A stretch of DNA of 64,000 bases from the human T2T-CHM13v2.0 reference genome, Homo sapiens. The DNA lies in assembly GCF_009914755.1 (NCBI RefSeq), contig NC_060933.1; one strand, given 5' to 3'. The position numbers and the translations under genes are program-made. Shown one piece after another: positions 46,446-60,061 of the stretch. Position 1 is the first letter of the stretch; each line of letters begins with the position of its first letter. The notes under the pieces are model-generated. The model searched no databases. It was not told the origin of the DNA and was given only the letters and a program-made list of their open reading frames with translations.

Positions 46446-46760
46446 TTAGGGGAAGTCTTTATGCACATTAACTATGATAAAACCCCCTTCTTTTATATTT
46501 TGATATGGCTGTGTGTCACAGCTCAAGTTAGCTGCAAGAGGAGTGATGGTAGAGAAAGCCAATGTATTAGATGCTGCCAACAATGTTTCTGGCGTCAGAG
46601 GCTCACAGAGTGATCCCTTGCAAAGTTTGCTTTCAGGCTCAGGACTTGAACTGACACCATGAATAAACTTAACTTGTAAATACAAACTCTGAGGCCATTT
46701 TCAGTTTACGCTACATTAGCTCAAATTAAGGGACAGGCTTTTGTGTAGTAGTACATCAAT

Positions 46761-47140
46761 TGTTATAGCAGACATTACTATTTTTCACTCATATACCATT
46801 TCCCTCTCCTTGTGGGCACAGGAGAGGATTGCATTTTCGACTCCCTTGAAGTTAGTTGAGACCGTTTGATTTTGTTTAGCTAATGAAATTTAAGTGAAAA
46901 GAAAACTAACACACATGATGCCCTACCTCCCTTCCCTTATGCCTCATTGACCTATGAAATTTCAGGTAATGAAACTCCATCATCTTTGGTATCCAAGTGA
47001 GGATGACATGGAGAAGAAGCCACTGCCAACCTGCAGTGGATACACAGCAGAAGCAAGAAAAAATACCTGGGTTGTTATATGCCGCTGACATCTAGAGTTA
47101 TTTGTTACAGCAGCATAACCTAGCCTGTTATGCTTGCTAT
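46761..47140 (+). mobile_element. MaLR LTR (MLT1J-like)
   Basis: ctcccttgaagttag...ttatttgttacagcagcataacctagcct. Confidence 0.75.
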
Positions 47141-48955
47141 TGGTATACAGTAAACTTAATGTAACTTTTATTTAAACAATACAAATAATGAGTTGATGAG
47201 TAGGTGGGACAGCATAAAAGGGGGAGCTAGTAGTGCCTTACCTTTAATAGCTTACTTTTAATGTTCCTCCCTAGAAACATCTCAGCCAGTTGTTCTGGCA
47301 TTCTTGGCTATTCTACAAAGCAAATATGTGTGTGCAAACATATCCACAGAATGATGCCTTGGAGAATTCACAATAGCTAGACTGGCCCAGTGGCCCAGAC
47401 AAATAAACACCATTTGCTTCCTTTTCTCTCTCATTTTCTCTGGGAGCTGGAAAGTACTCGAGTTTTTCAGCTTCCTCCATTGGGACAGTGGTGACAATGA
47501 TCCTGTTGTTCTCCGGAGGCTCCATGTCATGGTTAAGTCACTTGAAACTATTTACTAATCTGTACAGGTCCTGTTGGGTTGTGAAGTCCCAAAGCCACTT
47601 CCTTGTGCATTATCTTCTACCTCCCTCATTTTTTTCCATGAACAGAAGAGCCTCTGTGGACGCTATAAAGTGTATCCGTTACAGACTTGGCTGCAATGGG
47701 AAAGAAGCTGGGGAAAGTACTTTTCCCGTTAGCAGACATGAATCTAACAAATCTTAATAAATGACAGCAATAGGTGATGAAGAGCTGATTCTTCGATTCC
47801 AACACTTGACCAGTACTGCCTTCTAATTTGACAGATGATATAGAGGTAGGGAGGCAAATGTTGTCATGAGAAGAACTTAGAATTTGGAATAAAATATCTT
47901 GTCTGAAAAGCAGTCGCTACTGCTTAACAGCTTTAAATACCTGTTTAAGGTTTCTCACCAGCACCAGTAGGTGCAGAGTCACCTGCCTTCCGTGGCAACT
48001 CTGGAGATACGTTTTGCAAATGGACTCTCATCCAATTCTTGTTTCATTTTCTTTCTTTTCTACTTAGTTGGAAAACATTATGGTAATTTAGGAGTCCTGA
48101 CTTCTCCAGTCCTCAGGGGTCTCATTTTCCTTTAATGCCCAACTAGTCTTAGTCTGAGCCTCCGTTCTTCCATAATTCAGTAAGTCCAGTCTTCCCTGAT
48201 TCCACTCCTCAGGCTTTTCTAGCAATCCTTGAGGAATGTGTATGTATTTCACACTGCATCCTGGCTGTGCTTTTCACCTTAGCCAGCTGTCTGGACCAGA
48301 TTGCTGTCCTGATTTCCTATAAGTCCCTCTCACTGTCATAGACCCATCTCCTCCAAGCTCTGGCACTTCATCCCTATAATGCCTTTCTCTAAATGTTGGC
48401 CCAGGGCTATTCCTTTATGCCCTCAGCAAGCAAAGACCAGGTTCTGGCAAGATCATCTTGAAGGCTTAAGGACAGGAGGAAAAGATTTCAATGTGGTGGT
48501 AGGTGGGGTGGTGGGGTGAGGAAGGGCTCACATGCCCATTATGTTCTCATAATTCCCAGACTAAATCCTCTCCATGGGCAAGACTTTCCAAATTGTCTTT
48601 GCAGAAGCACCACCTGGGAATTGTGTCATAAAAACTGATTTGTCTATTAAACACAGACCTAGTGAATTAGAATTTATGAAGATGGGGGCCCAGAATGTAT
48701 ATTTTATTAAGCTTCCTATGAAGCACTTACAGGTTCTCTATTGAAACCTGGAAAAGAGTGTTTGGAAACATGTGCCCTAGAGACATGTTGCAGGGACCAG
48801 CTTACATCCAACCAAAAATAGTGATTTAGTGGTATCTTCCTTATCTACAGTCTGAGCCTCAACTTTTCTGGGACCAGACTAAAGAAACAAATGAAGTGAA
48901 AAATAACACTAGCAGCATCAACAACTCTTTGTAATCCCCAAGTTGGAGCAAACAT

Positions 48956-49420
48956 TGTTATTTGCTTACCCAATATTCATCTCCTCTCTTCTTTGCTCAT
49001 GGAACCCTATTTGGTTGAGCAAAGGTGTGGCTATTTTCTGTTGATAAATTAGGGTTGGTTCAAGTTAACGTTGACCACCTTGTTTCATCTTTGTCAGCCT
49101 CCCTTGTAGTTAGGGGTGGCTGTATGACTCAATTATGGGAAATAAGGTGGAAAGGGAAACTTCTATGGGAGGTGGGGAGGTCTCTGGGAAAACATTTGTC
49201 TTTCCACCTTGAATGTAGATATGATAATTGGATCTGTGACAATCATCTTCTGACCATGAAGGAAAGGAAAAGAAAATTAAAGAAACATGTCAGATCACTA
49301 GACCAAAGTCAGCAGCTGCCAACCTTCAGTCTTCTTCTGACCAGAGAGAAATGAACCCCTATTTTAAGCCCCTGTAGCTGTTGTTTTGTGTGGAAACTAA
49401 AAGCATTTCCAATCTCAGAC
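48956..49420 (+). mobile_element. Old ERVL/MaLR LTR (LTR33/MLT1L-like)
   Basis: cagcctcccttgtagttaggggtggctgtatgactcaatt; catcttctgaccatgaagg. Confidence 0.55.
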
Positions 49421-50169
49421 TATCCTTATAAGGATAATGTCATTTCAATGTTAACAACAATGATGACGGCCTTTTATATTACATGACCTATTAGCTCCTT
49501 ATTATTGCAAAATATTTCCATTTTAGAGGAGAATCTTGGCTTTATCAAAAAATCACTCTTTTTTTCAAGTTGATAAAAAGGTTTGTCCTTAAGTTTGCTC
49601 TGAAAGTGATTTGTCCTCTGCCTCTGCTATCAACTTTGACAGAAGACTTTTCTCTTTACTATTTCTTCTTCCTCCACATACGTACTCCCATCTACAGTTT
49701 CAGAAATTGCTGAAATATGTCTCAGGCTGAGTATCTTTTATACAAATATGTAACATGTAAAAATTTTCACTGGCATTTTCCAATCTCCTAAGAAATGTTC
49801 CCATATCTATACATATATCCATCATCTTTTCCTCCTTTCCATATTGTAAAGCTAAGAGATCCTACAGACATATGGGGAAGTGGTCTACTTTAGGCCCATA
49901 CCATCAGCACATGCAGTAGGACCCACTGGCATTTTAAAAACAAGTCTGTTTAGGCAGAGTTTAAGGCAGCAACAACACATATTGAATTACTCTAAAGAAG
50001 AGTAATTCAAGGTCCAATCCAGAGAACATAATTTCCGCAAGGCACTCCTGAAAGAAAAAAAAAGTTTCTAGGACAAATAATGAGCAGCATCATTATGTGT
50101 CTCACTTTTAGAGATTTTTGCAATTCTTCATGTGTTGTTGGTGACCACAGGTCCTTTGGACCATGTTGC

Positions 50170-50830
<661 letters not shown>

Positions 50831-51136
50831 CCACAGGAGACATATGTACATGTTAGTGGCTCAGGAATATCTTGCAGTAAAGAAATATGATTAATTTCAC
50901 TTCTCTACATTTTCCACATTTGTCTGAACCACAGAACTATTCTTTTTTCGTGTAACTTCCATTAATATCCTGCAAAATAAGGTTCTGAAAATATATTAAT
51001 AAACTCTTTTCTAAAGCAAATTGGCCATGCATGTTTCCAAGTCTGAAGGAGGCTAAAAATTTATCTAGTTTAAACCATTTATTTGACAGAAAAGGAAAAC
51101 AAGCCATAGTAATTAAGTGTCCTTTCTAAGAACACA

Positions 51137-51691
51137 TGTATTAGGGTTTTACAGAGAGGCAGACCAGAAGGATGTATGGAAGGAGATTTACTAGGGAGAA
51201 TTGACTCATAGGATCACAGAGGTGGGGAAGTCTTACGATAGGCCATATGCAAGCTGGAGCTTTCTCTGACTTTCAGAAAAGCCAGTGGCATGGCTAGTCT
51301 ATAAGCCTTAAAACCCAGGAAGCCCATGATGCAGCCCCTAGTCCAAGGCTGAAGGCCCAAGATCCTCCAGAAGGCCACTGCCACAAGTTCCAGATTCCCA
51401 AAGCCAAAGAACCTGGGGTGTGATGTCTAAGGGCAGGAGAAGGAAAAGAGCCCCACTGCAGAAGAGAGAGAGGGAGAGAGAGTCCTCCTTCTACCCGTTT
51501 TTCCCAGCTGGGCCCCCAGCCCATTGAATGACAACTGCAGGCATTGAGCGCCAGTCTTCCTCCCTCAGTGCGCTGACCCCCAGTTGATCTCCTCTGAGAC
51601 TCCCTCAAAGACACACCCAGAAACAATATGTCACCAGCCATCTAGGCATCCCTCAATTCAGTCAAGTCGATTCTTAAAACTTATCTTCACA
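51137..51691 (-). mobile_element. MLT2B-like ERVL solo LTR
   Basis: tgtattagggtttt...cagtcaagtcga...cttcaca; 5-bp TSD acaca on both sides. Confidence 0.88.
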
Positions 51692-52434
51692 ACACATAAC
51701 TGGTTATTGGCAGAAAAAAGACTAAGAATTAGCTCTTCTGATGCCTGCTCCAGTGATCTCTTCATGTCCTGTATTACTTTTCTAAACCCAGAATTAGGTG
51801 AAATTCACTTGTAAAACAGAGTAGAAAAAGGAATGACAGGTTGTTAGAAATTTCATTTAGAGCTGTTCTCGTTCATCTTCCATTTCATTAAGGCGTTTAT
51901 TTGTTACTTACTCATGTAACATTTATTTAGACTTAGTCATTTAACATTAATGACTATAAATTAAAATCCAAAGCACTTGACACAGAATTTAATCCTTAGA
52001 GAAGATATTCCTCAACACTAAGGAATATCAGCTCCCACTTTTCAATATACTCTTCTTCTTTCATTTCTTCTAATCTTACCAGCAATGAGAAGGCTCAAAG
52101 AAGACTCTGTACTTTCTTTTCTTTCCTCACACTGCCCCCCCACCAATGTTTTTGCAGCAGTTCTTTATGGAGATTTTTTTAGATTAAATTTGCAGGTCCT
52201 CAATGAGTTCCTGACAACCTGACAAAATGAGTCAAGTTACTGAGTTGTCCATCAGTGGCACGCTGGTTCTCCAGCAGAGGCTGACTTTGCCGCCTCATTA
52301 GCCTGACTCAGATTTGGCAAGGGATTTTAAGTTCACCCACACTCTAGTGATTTATTTCGGAGATCTGGGCTAAAAAATTTGTTTCTCAGACACTTGTTTC
52401 TTTTTTGCTTGTTTAAAAATTTTGTTTTAACTTT

Positions 52435-52564
52435 AAATTTTTTTTTTAGAAATGGGGTCTTTCTATGTTGCCATGGTTGGTCTTGAATTCCTGGACTCAA
52501 GTGATCCTCCTGACTCAGCCTCCCAAGTAGCTGAGACTACGGGCATGGGCCACCACACCTGGCT
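52435..52564 (-). mobile_element. Alu monomer (FLAM-like)
   Basis: Single ~130-bp arm with T-rich tail. Confidence 0.85.
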
Positions 52565-53614
52565 CACAGGCACTTCTTTTGCAGAAAATTTAAAAGGCCG
52601 CAAATGTATCTTTATTACATTTTATTTTTTATAGTGAGTATTCCTTATAAAAGATAGTATGATACAGCAAGATAAATGAGGAAACAGATAAGAAATGCTG
52701 ATACAAAATAGTAGGAAGTAAAAAAGGGTCAAAGAATAAATGATAGGAAGTTAATGAAAAACCTCTTACCCCAAATCATAGAGAACATTTGCAGTGACAT
52801 ACAGTTTCTCTTACAATGGGGTCGTCTTCTCCGTTGCATCTAAGAGTCTACCGGTATATGACTGTCAGAGCTATTCTTTGGCCATATTTTAGAGTCTTTT
52901 GCCCTATCTTAGTGTTCCTTTGCCAGCACTAGGATTTGTTCACCTCTCCATCCTCCACTGTCTCCCTCCTCCCAACCCCCTTCATTCCCATGCATTGGGA
53001 AGCAGGATTAAGGAACTGTGGAAAGATATCACTCCAGTTTAGGAATCCAAGTGTTACTTGAAAAATCATGATCCTTCAACTTCTTCTTTAGATTATAACT
53101 TAACTTACAAAAACCCATTGGAATAATAGAACTATTAAAAGCCATTGCCTTGATAAAGTCAGATGTAATCTACACAGAAATCAATCCAGCTTCGCCAATA
53201 TATGAAGTCACTGCTATGTGCTAAATGGCAGTGAGAGAAACACACACAAGCAAATCAGAGCAATCAGGACGAAGCCTCGGGAGTTTACAATCTAAGGTGA
53301 AAAAGAGAAATGTGAACTAGTATTGAGTGGCATCTTCTATATGATGGACCCTAAGCCAAGTGAGCATTTCCTTTAAACTGCCCAGTAACTTTTAGTACAG
53401 TGTTTAATTCCTAGGACAGTGCCTAGCGGAGTATAAACACTTGTAAATATTTTCCAAATGGAGGCATGAATGTATACTTATATAAGGAACCTAATACTCA
53501 GAGGAGTAGTATGATTGTTTGTAGTTAAGTAGTACTTACTATATAAACAATAATGGCTTGCCAATTATTGGGCTTTTTAAATGCCTGCACCTGTTAATAC
53601 AGAAGTTCGCCCAA

Positions 53615-53850
53615 CACAGCAGTCTGGTGTCTGGACTTTGGTGCTAAGCAGACGTGGGCTTACATTTCTGCCCTACCAGAGTTACAAACATGGAACCACA
53701 GGACCAAGTGTCTTCAAGTCACTAAACTTCAATTTCGGCATATATGAAATGTAGACGAGAGTACCTCTATTTCAGGGATTTTATGAGGATTAAATAAAGT
53801 AATATGTAAAGTGCTTGGCATAGTGCCTGGCACAGAGCAGTACCTAAATG
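53615..53850 (+). mobile_element. MIR
   Basis: tttatgaggattaaataaagtaatatgtaaagtgcttggcatagtgcctggcaca. Confidence 0.85.
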
Positions 53851-53877
53851 AACAGATTAAAAGTGGAACCCAGCTCT

Positions 53878-54349
53878 TGTGGAATGAGTAATGGTTCCCC
53901 AAAGATGCCTATATCCTAATCTCTAGAACTTGTGAATAGATTACTTTACAGGACAAAAGGGACTTTTCCTGTGTGATTAAGTTAAGGCTCTTCAAATAGG
54001 GAGACTATCCTGTATTATCTGAGTGGGCTTGAGGTAATGACATGGCTCTGGCTCTTTATAAGAGAGAGGGAGGCGGGTCTGAGTCAGAGGAGAGGTGAAA
54101 ACAGAAGCCAAGGTCAAAGTGACATCGCCACGAGAAAAGGAACTGGGCAGCCTCTGGAAGCTGGGAAAAGCAAGGAGCAAATTTTTTCCTAGAGCATCCA
54201 GAGGGAACAAAACTCTGCTGACACCTTGATTTTGGTCCAGTGAGACTCGTTTTGGACTTCTGACCTTAGAATTGTAAGATAATAAATGTCATTACTTTAA
54301 GCCAGTAAGTCTGTGGCGATTTGTTACCGTAGCCCTAGGAAACTAGTAC
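53878..54349 (+). mobile_element. MaLR LTR (MLT1D-like)
   Basis: aatggttccccaaagatg...aaaagggactttt...gcgatttgttaccgtagccctaggaaactagtaca. Confidence 0.88.
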
Positions 54350-55566
54350 ACCAGGTGCACATGCTCTTTCCTTGACACCTTGCTGCCTTCTGCAAATTCA
54401 GAATTCACTAAGAAAGAAATCTGGTGGTCGGCAGCCTGGTGCTGTTTTTCTTTTGAATCCCTATTCTGTTTCTCCTGCTGTTTGTTTCTCCTCTGGCTGC
54501 TTCTCCTTTCATGGCCAGAGGCCCTAGCAGGTCTGTGTGCTCCGTCTGATTGTCCCTTCTATGGCTGCTACTTTGGGAATTACGTGGAAAGAGACAGCAA
54601 AGGGATAAGAAAGAAGAAAAAAAAAAACATTGACAGAAGCAAGGAGAATTTTGATGAAAGGCAGATCCTCTGTATTTGTGGTTAATGTCTTTCTACGTTA
54701 GAAAATATATACCTCCCTTGAAAGAGTTGTGTTTTTCTCCACCCTTTTCCAAACATACCTCTCCACACCTTTCCCATCTCTCACTCAGACACAAACACAG
54801 AGCAATCTGGAGACTCTGGAAGGCTCATCTAATAGAGGCCTAACTTCTAACTCCCATAAAGGTTTTTCTGTTATGTTTTTGATAAAATGCCTCCTCAAAG
54901 AAAAAAGTTACTGTAATGAATATGAGAGGAAAGCTCCAGTCTTTAAAGATATTCATTCACTTATTTACTTATTAACTCAAGAAATATATTTTGGGAACTT
55001 CACATGTGCCAAACACTCTCATGAAGAATATAACGGTGAATGAACAGCTCAGAGGAAGTTCCTTCCCTCATTTGCTTAAACTCTAATGAAAGACAGACCA
55101 GCACAAGTGATACACGTTAAACATGTATTAAAAGAACTGAAAATTATGCTATATGTTCCTAAGGAAATGAACCCAGGGCTGAGATACCTCATAGAGTGTG
55201 CAGGAAGTGAGGAGAGGGAGAGGGCTTCTTTAGGAAAGTTAAGGAAAGGTCTCAGACAGGTAAGCTGAGACTGTCTTAGAGAATGAGTAGGAGAAGCCTT
55301 GTAAAAATAAAGATATTACAGAAAGTATTCCTGGCAGAGTGTAGCATGTGCAAAGGCCCTAAGGCAGATACAAGTTTAGAATTTCCAGGAATTGAAAGAA
55401 GATTGTACAGTTAGAACAGAGGGAGTAATAGCATGTTTTAAGATGGGTTTGGAGCCATAGCAGTTTAGGTCATGGAGGGTCTTTTAGGCAATGGTAGAGA
55501 ATTTTATTAATTTTGCATGCAGTAAAAAGCAATTAGATATTTTAAACAGGCAATGACAAAAACTGA

Positions 55567-55868
<302 letters not shown>

Positions 55869-56793
55869 GCCTGTGGTTTTTTTTTTTTTTTTTTTTTTTA
55901 GAATAGATTTGAGAGGGACATGACTGGAAATGGGAAGACTAGTTTGCAGGCTGTTGCAGTATTGCAGACGAGAGCTGATGGAGGCTTGGACGGAGGTGAT
56001 AGAAGTGAAATGTATTTCAAAATATAGTAGAATTAATTTGCAAATAGATTTGATATGGGGTCTCCTGGTGTGAGTACCAGGGTGGATGGAGTGACATTCT
56101 AAATGAGATGGGGAAGATAAAGTTGTAGAGGTGATAATTTTTACAAAGAGATTGGGAATTTTGTGTATTGAAGGTTCAGACATCTGGGAGTTATCCAAGG
56201 AGAGCTGTCAAATTGGAAGCCGGATGTGTATATAAGCCTGGAATTCAAGGGACAAGCCTAGACCAGAGAGATAAACGTGGAAATCATTAGCACACTTATG
56301 GTACTTAAAGCCAAATTATTTGTGATACACCTGCAGGATATGTGTAGAGCTGGAAGACAACCCAAGATGAAGTTCCCTGGAGAATTGTCACATTGAGATG
56401 TCAGGTAGAGGGGGATCAGTAGTCATGAGAACAGAGAAAGAATGGTCCACGAGGGTGGAAGACACCAGGTATGTGAGGAAGGAGGCAGTCCAGAGAGCAG
56501 GGTGCTGGAGCAGGAGAGAGATGGCAACTATGCTAGACGATACTGAAGGATTGAGTGTGACAAGGACAGAGAAGTGTCTCTTGGACTGGCCAATGTGGCA
56601 ATCATTGATAACCTTGATAAGACAGAGGTACATCTAGGTTGCACAGTAGATTGCAACGGGTAAAGGAGTGAATATAACATGAGGGAGTGCAGACAGCATT
56701 TGTATGTAAACAACTTTTCTAAGAAATTTGATTAAGATGGGGGGAGATAAATGGGGCAGAAGCTGGCAGGGGCTATATAGTCAATGGAGATAT

Positions 56794-56838
56794 TGTGTGT
56801 GTGTGTGTGCATGTGTGCGCACACATGCGCATGTGTGT
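56794..56838. repeat. Alternating purine-pyrimidine (TG/CA/GC) tract
   Basis: Seen directly. Confidence 0.9.
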
Positions 56839-57884
56839 AAGATGGAAAATCCTAAAACATGTTTGTATGCTGAAGAAAATAAATAAGCAGATGGAAAGAC
56901 ATTGATGATGCAGAAGAGAGAGTAGGTGACTGAAAGAGCAAAGTTCTTGAAAAGATCAGAAAGAATGTGAACTTGACCTTCATGATTAGGGACAGTAAGC
57001 AGGCGGGGGGAAGACAGGTGTCATTGATAGGAAGATGATGTTCCTACTCGATGGTTGCTATTCTTCAATTAATTTTAAAAAAATTATCAACTGGGTATGA
57101 GGGTAAAATAGGGTTAGTGGGGGGTTTGAGGAAAGAGGAGAAGAAAGGAAATTTGTTTCAGGGAAACTGCTGTGAGACTGTCAAAGAATCATAGCATTTT
57201 CAAGGAGCATTGACTGAAAATTTCAAGTGTGAGAATGAATTTAGAGTGAGCGTGGTTTTACTTCAGGAATGTGATTTTTCTTCAGTAGTGGTCAGGAGGT
57301 TTAGTGGGATGTAGGAACAGAGAAGGAGAATGACATAGGTCGTCCCAAGTTTCAGCCTTGCCAGGAGCGTAAAATGCAGAGACATAAGGGAAAGGTTGTT
57401 AAAAGTTTTTGCCAGGCAGTGATTGAAGAGAAAAACTGAGGAATGTGAGCTGAGCAAGGGGGACACATGGTAGTGATCCAGATGGGTTGCCAGTGTCCTG
57501 AAGATCTTGATGGGCTGAGAGATGGTTTCACTGGGCAGTACCTGAATAAAGGGTGGTAGTTGGAGAGAAGGAAGTTTGAGATTTTAGAAATGGGGCAGTT
57601 TGGGGAGAAAACAGGCATGGAAAGGACGTGAGTGGTTAAATAACAGTGAAAGGAAAGATTGTTATGGATGAAGAGTTCAAAGTGGCCAGGATGTTGAATG
57701 ATGTATTTTTGAAAATGTTGAAGTTATCAGGACACATGAAGAAGTTGGGGTTGAGACTCCTACAAGCTAGGAGCAGATTCTTCGGTCGACTAGGAGGAGT
57801 GATGAGAAAATTGACAGACAATGGCAAGAGGAGAGCTTGTAAGTGGTATCTGGATGGTATATATGTCACAAAGGAATAGGAGGA

Positions 57885-57985
57885 TATGTGCCTGTGTGCG
57901 TACATATATATGTGCATGTGCATGTATACATATATATGTGCATGTGTGTGTGTGTGTGTACATATATATGCATGAGCATGTGTGG
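57885..57985. repeat. Imperfect (TG/TA/CA) RY tract
   Basis: Seen directly. Confidence 0.85.
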
Positions 57986-60006
57986 ATACAGAATTGGTGA
58001 AATAGTCTGGAAATTGTGATAGAGAACAAGCAAGAATTTTATACTACCTCTAATCAGGGCAATTTTTATAGCAACATATACAGAGTGAAAGAGAGTCACA
58101 CCAACGAATATTGACCGTGCACATACAGATACTCTTCAGTGGCTGACCTATCTGACTCCCTCTGTGTAAAGTACCCACAAGATTCTCAGAACCTGGTGCC
58201 ATTGAACATTTGAATTAGATAACTAACATCCCTTTAGCTGACTCTATGCTTACCAAGCAAGGTACTTATTATAATTTGACTTCCTAGGGAATTGTCAACA
58301 AGGAGAAGATGCACAGGGCAGGGTCTTGCAAGTGTTGTTCCAGAAGACATTAGCATTCTACCAGTAAAATGTCTCTTGTGAGTATGTCTATGTAGGCTGA
58401 CATAGTCAACTCAAGAAGGCAGAGAAGCTCTGATCTACAGAACTTCAGTCTGAAATGTGACAACTTTATCATCTTTGCATATGGTTATCCTGGAAAAATC
58501 TTTGCCCTACTCAGCACCTTTCTTTTAAACTTCAGTAGGGATTATATTATTTACTGGCATTAAAGAGGCAAGTTAGACTCATTCACTCAGGCCAACAATA
58601 GACTGTGTGCATTCTACCTTTTACACAAGAGGCATGGAGAATGATCAGTTATGATCATCAACAGTCTTATTGAGACATTATTTTATGCCCCTAAATACTT
58701 TCACCCTTTATCTTATAATGGCGAAACTTCTGCTGTTCAGTTCTTATAGAAATAAAATGAGTAAGCAAATAACATGGAGAAAGAGGGCAGATCTGTATTA
58801 GTTTGGGATTAAGCGAACTTCAGGCTCGTGTCAGAGTTCTCAGCAACATTTCACTTCACAGTCTAAAAAATTACCTAGTAATGGCTGCATAATTACTGTA
58901 AAAATAGAGAAGGGATGAAAAAATTGGCAGGGTATAAGAATATTGTTCTTAAGGCTGTAAAAATCCTTGTACAACCCAAGGACTGGCCATCATCCTTTCA
59001 CTCCCATCATTCAGAAGCTTTTGGTCCCTAAATATTCAAGGAAATGTCATCTTCCAGTATTTTAAACAGAGTACATAGTGACCATTCAGAAGAAGAAACT
59101 ATAGATTTCTGTCTCAGATTGGATTCTTTTGATATTCCCTCCCATGACTTCTCTTAATAAGTCATTATGATAATCACATTTTAAAATACTTCTTCATACA
59201 ATTTCCTGTCAAAAGGATAGAAAAAATTAACTGTGAGTCCTAGACCAAAAAAGAAAGCCACAGTATAAATCTATTATAGCAGCTGTGAGTCTGTGTGTGT
59301 GCCAGGGCAGAGGATAGTGGGGAGATAAATATTTTTGTTTTTGTAGTGTTCCCTTGCAAAATGGAGCTCAGAAGAGCCATCAGATTACAAAAACAAAACA
59401 TATGCATTTATTCCAAGAATGCTTATTGAGCATGTAATGGAGTAGGACACTGTACTGATGTTGGGTATACAACAATACAGATAACCGACTTTGGAAAACT
59501 CTACCCTCTTAGAAAATCACATTCTGGTGAATGGCTCTGCTCTCAACCTCACTACACCAATGAGTGTGTATCCTGGAAGTTTCCCATACAGTGCTGTGAA
59601 ACTCATGGGAATTAAAGGTTTTCTTTTTCTTCGGTTAAACACAAACTGGCTGTGTACTTTGTCTTTCTAGTTGAAAGACTTAAATGAAATAAGTGACTTT
59701 CAGGTTTACAGGTTAATAAAACTTGTGACCAACAAGCAGAAGGGGGTGATGGTATTATTTACTGTAGAAAAAGAAGCGCATCTGGAGAGTAATGTGATTA
59801 GATCTATCATGGTAGCATGCAAGTAAATAGAAAGCAGCCATCAAATATGATTGAATCCTTTTCTCCGTAGTGATAACATTCTCTTCTGTTTTATTGAATC
59901 TTCCATTTCATTTTCTGAGAAAACAAGTCTTTTCTCTCTCTCTTGAACTTACGAATTCTCAAACACACATAAGCATTGTCTCTCTGTCCCTATTTCTCTG
60001 TCTCTG

Positions 60007-60012
<6 letters not shown>

Positions 60013-60058
<46 letters not shown>
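60013..60058. repeat. (AC)23 microsatellite
   Basis: Perfect run. Confidence 0.99.

Positions 60059-60061
<3 letters not shown>

Noticed and set aside
48495-48526. G-rich stretch ggtggtaggtggggtggtggggtgaggaaggg
   Set aside because: Only three runs of three or more G; not a canonical G-quadruplex.
54380-54685. 101-aa ORF with a hydrophobic stretch resembling a signal or TM segment
   Set aside because: Non-ATG start; hydrophobicity follows from a pyrimidine-rich tract and the lysines from an A-run.
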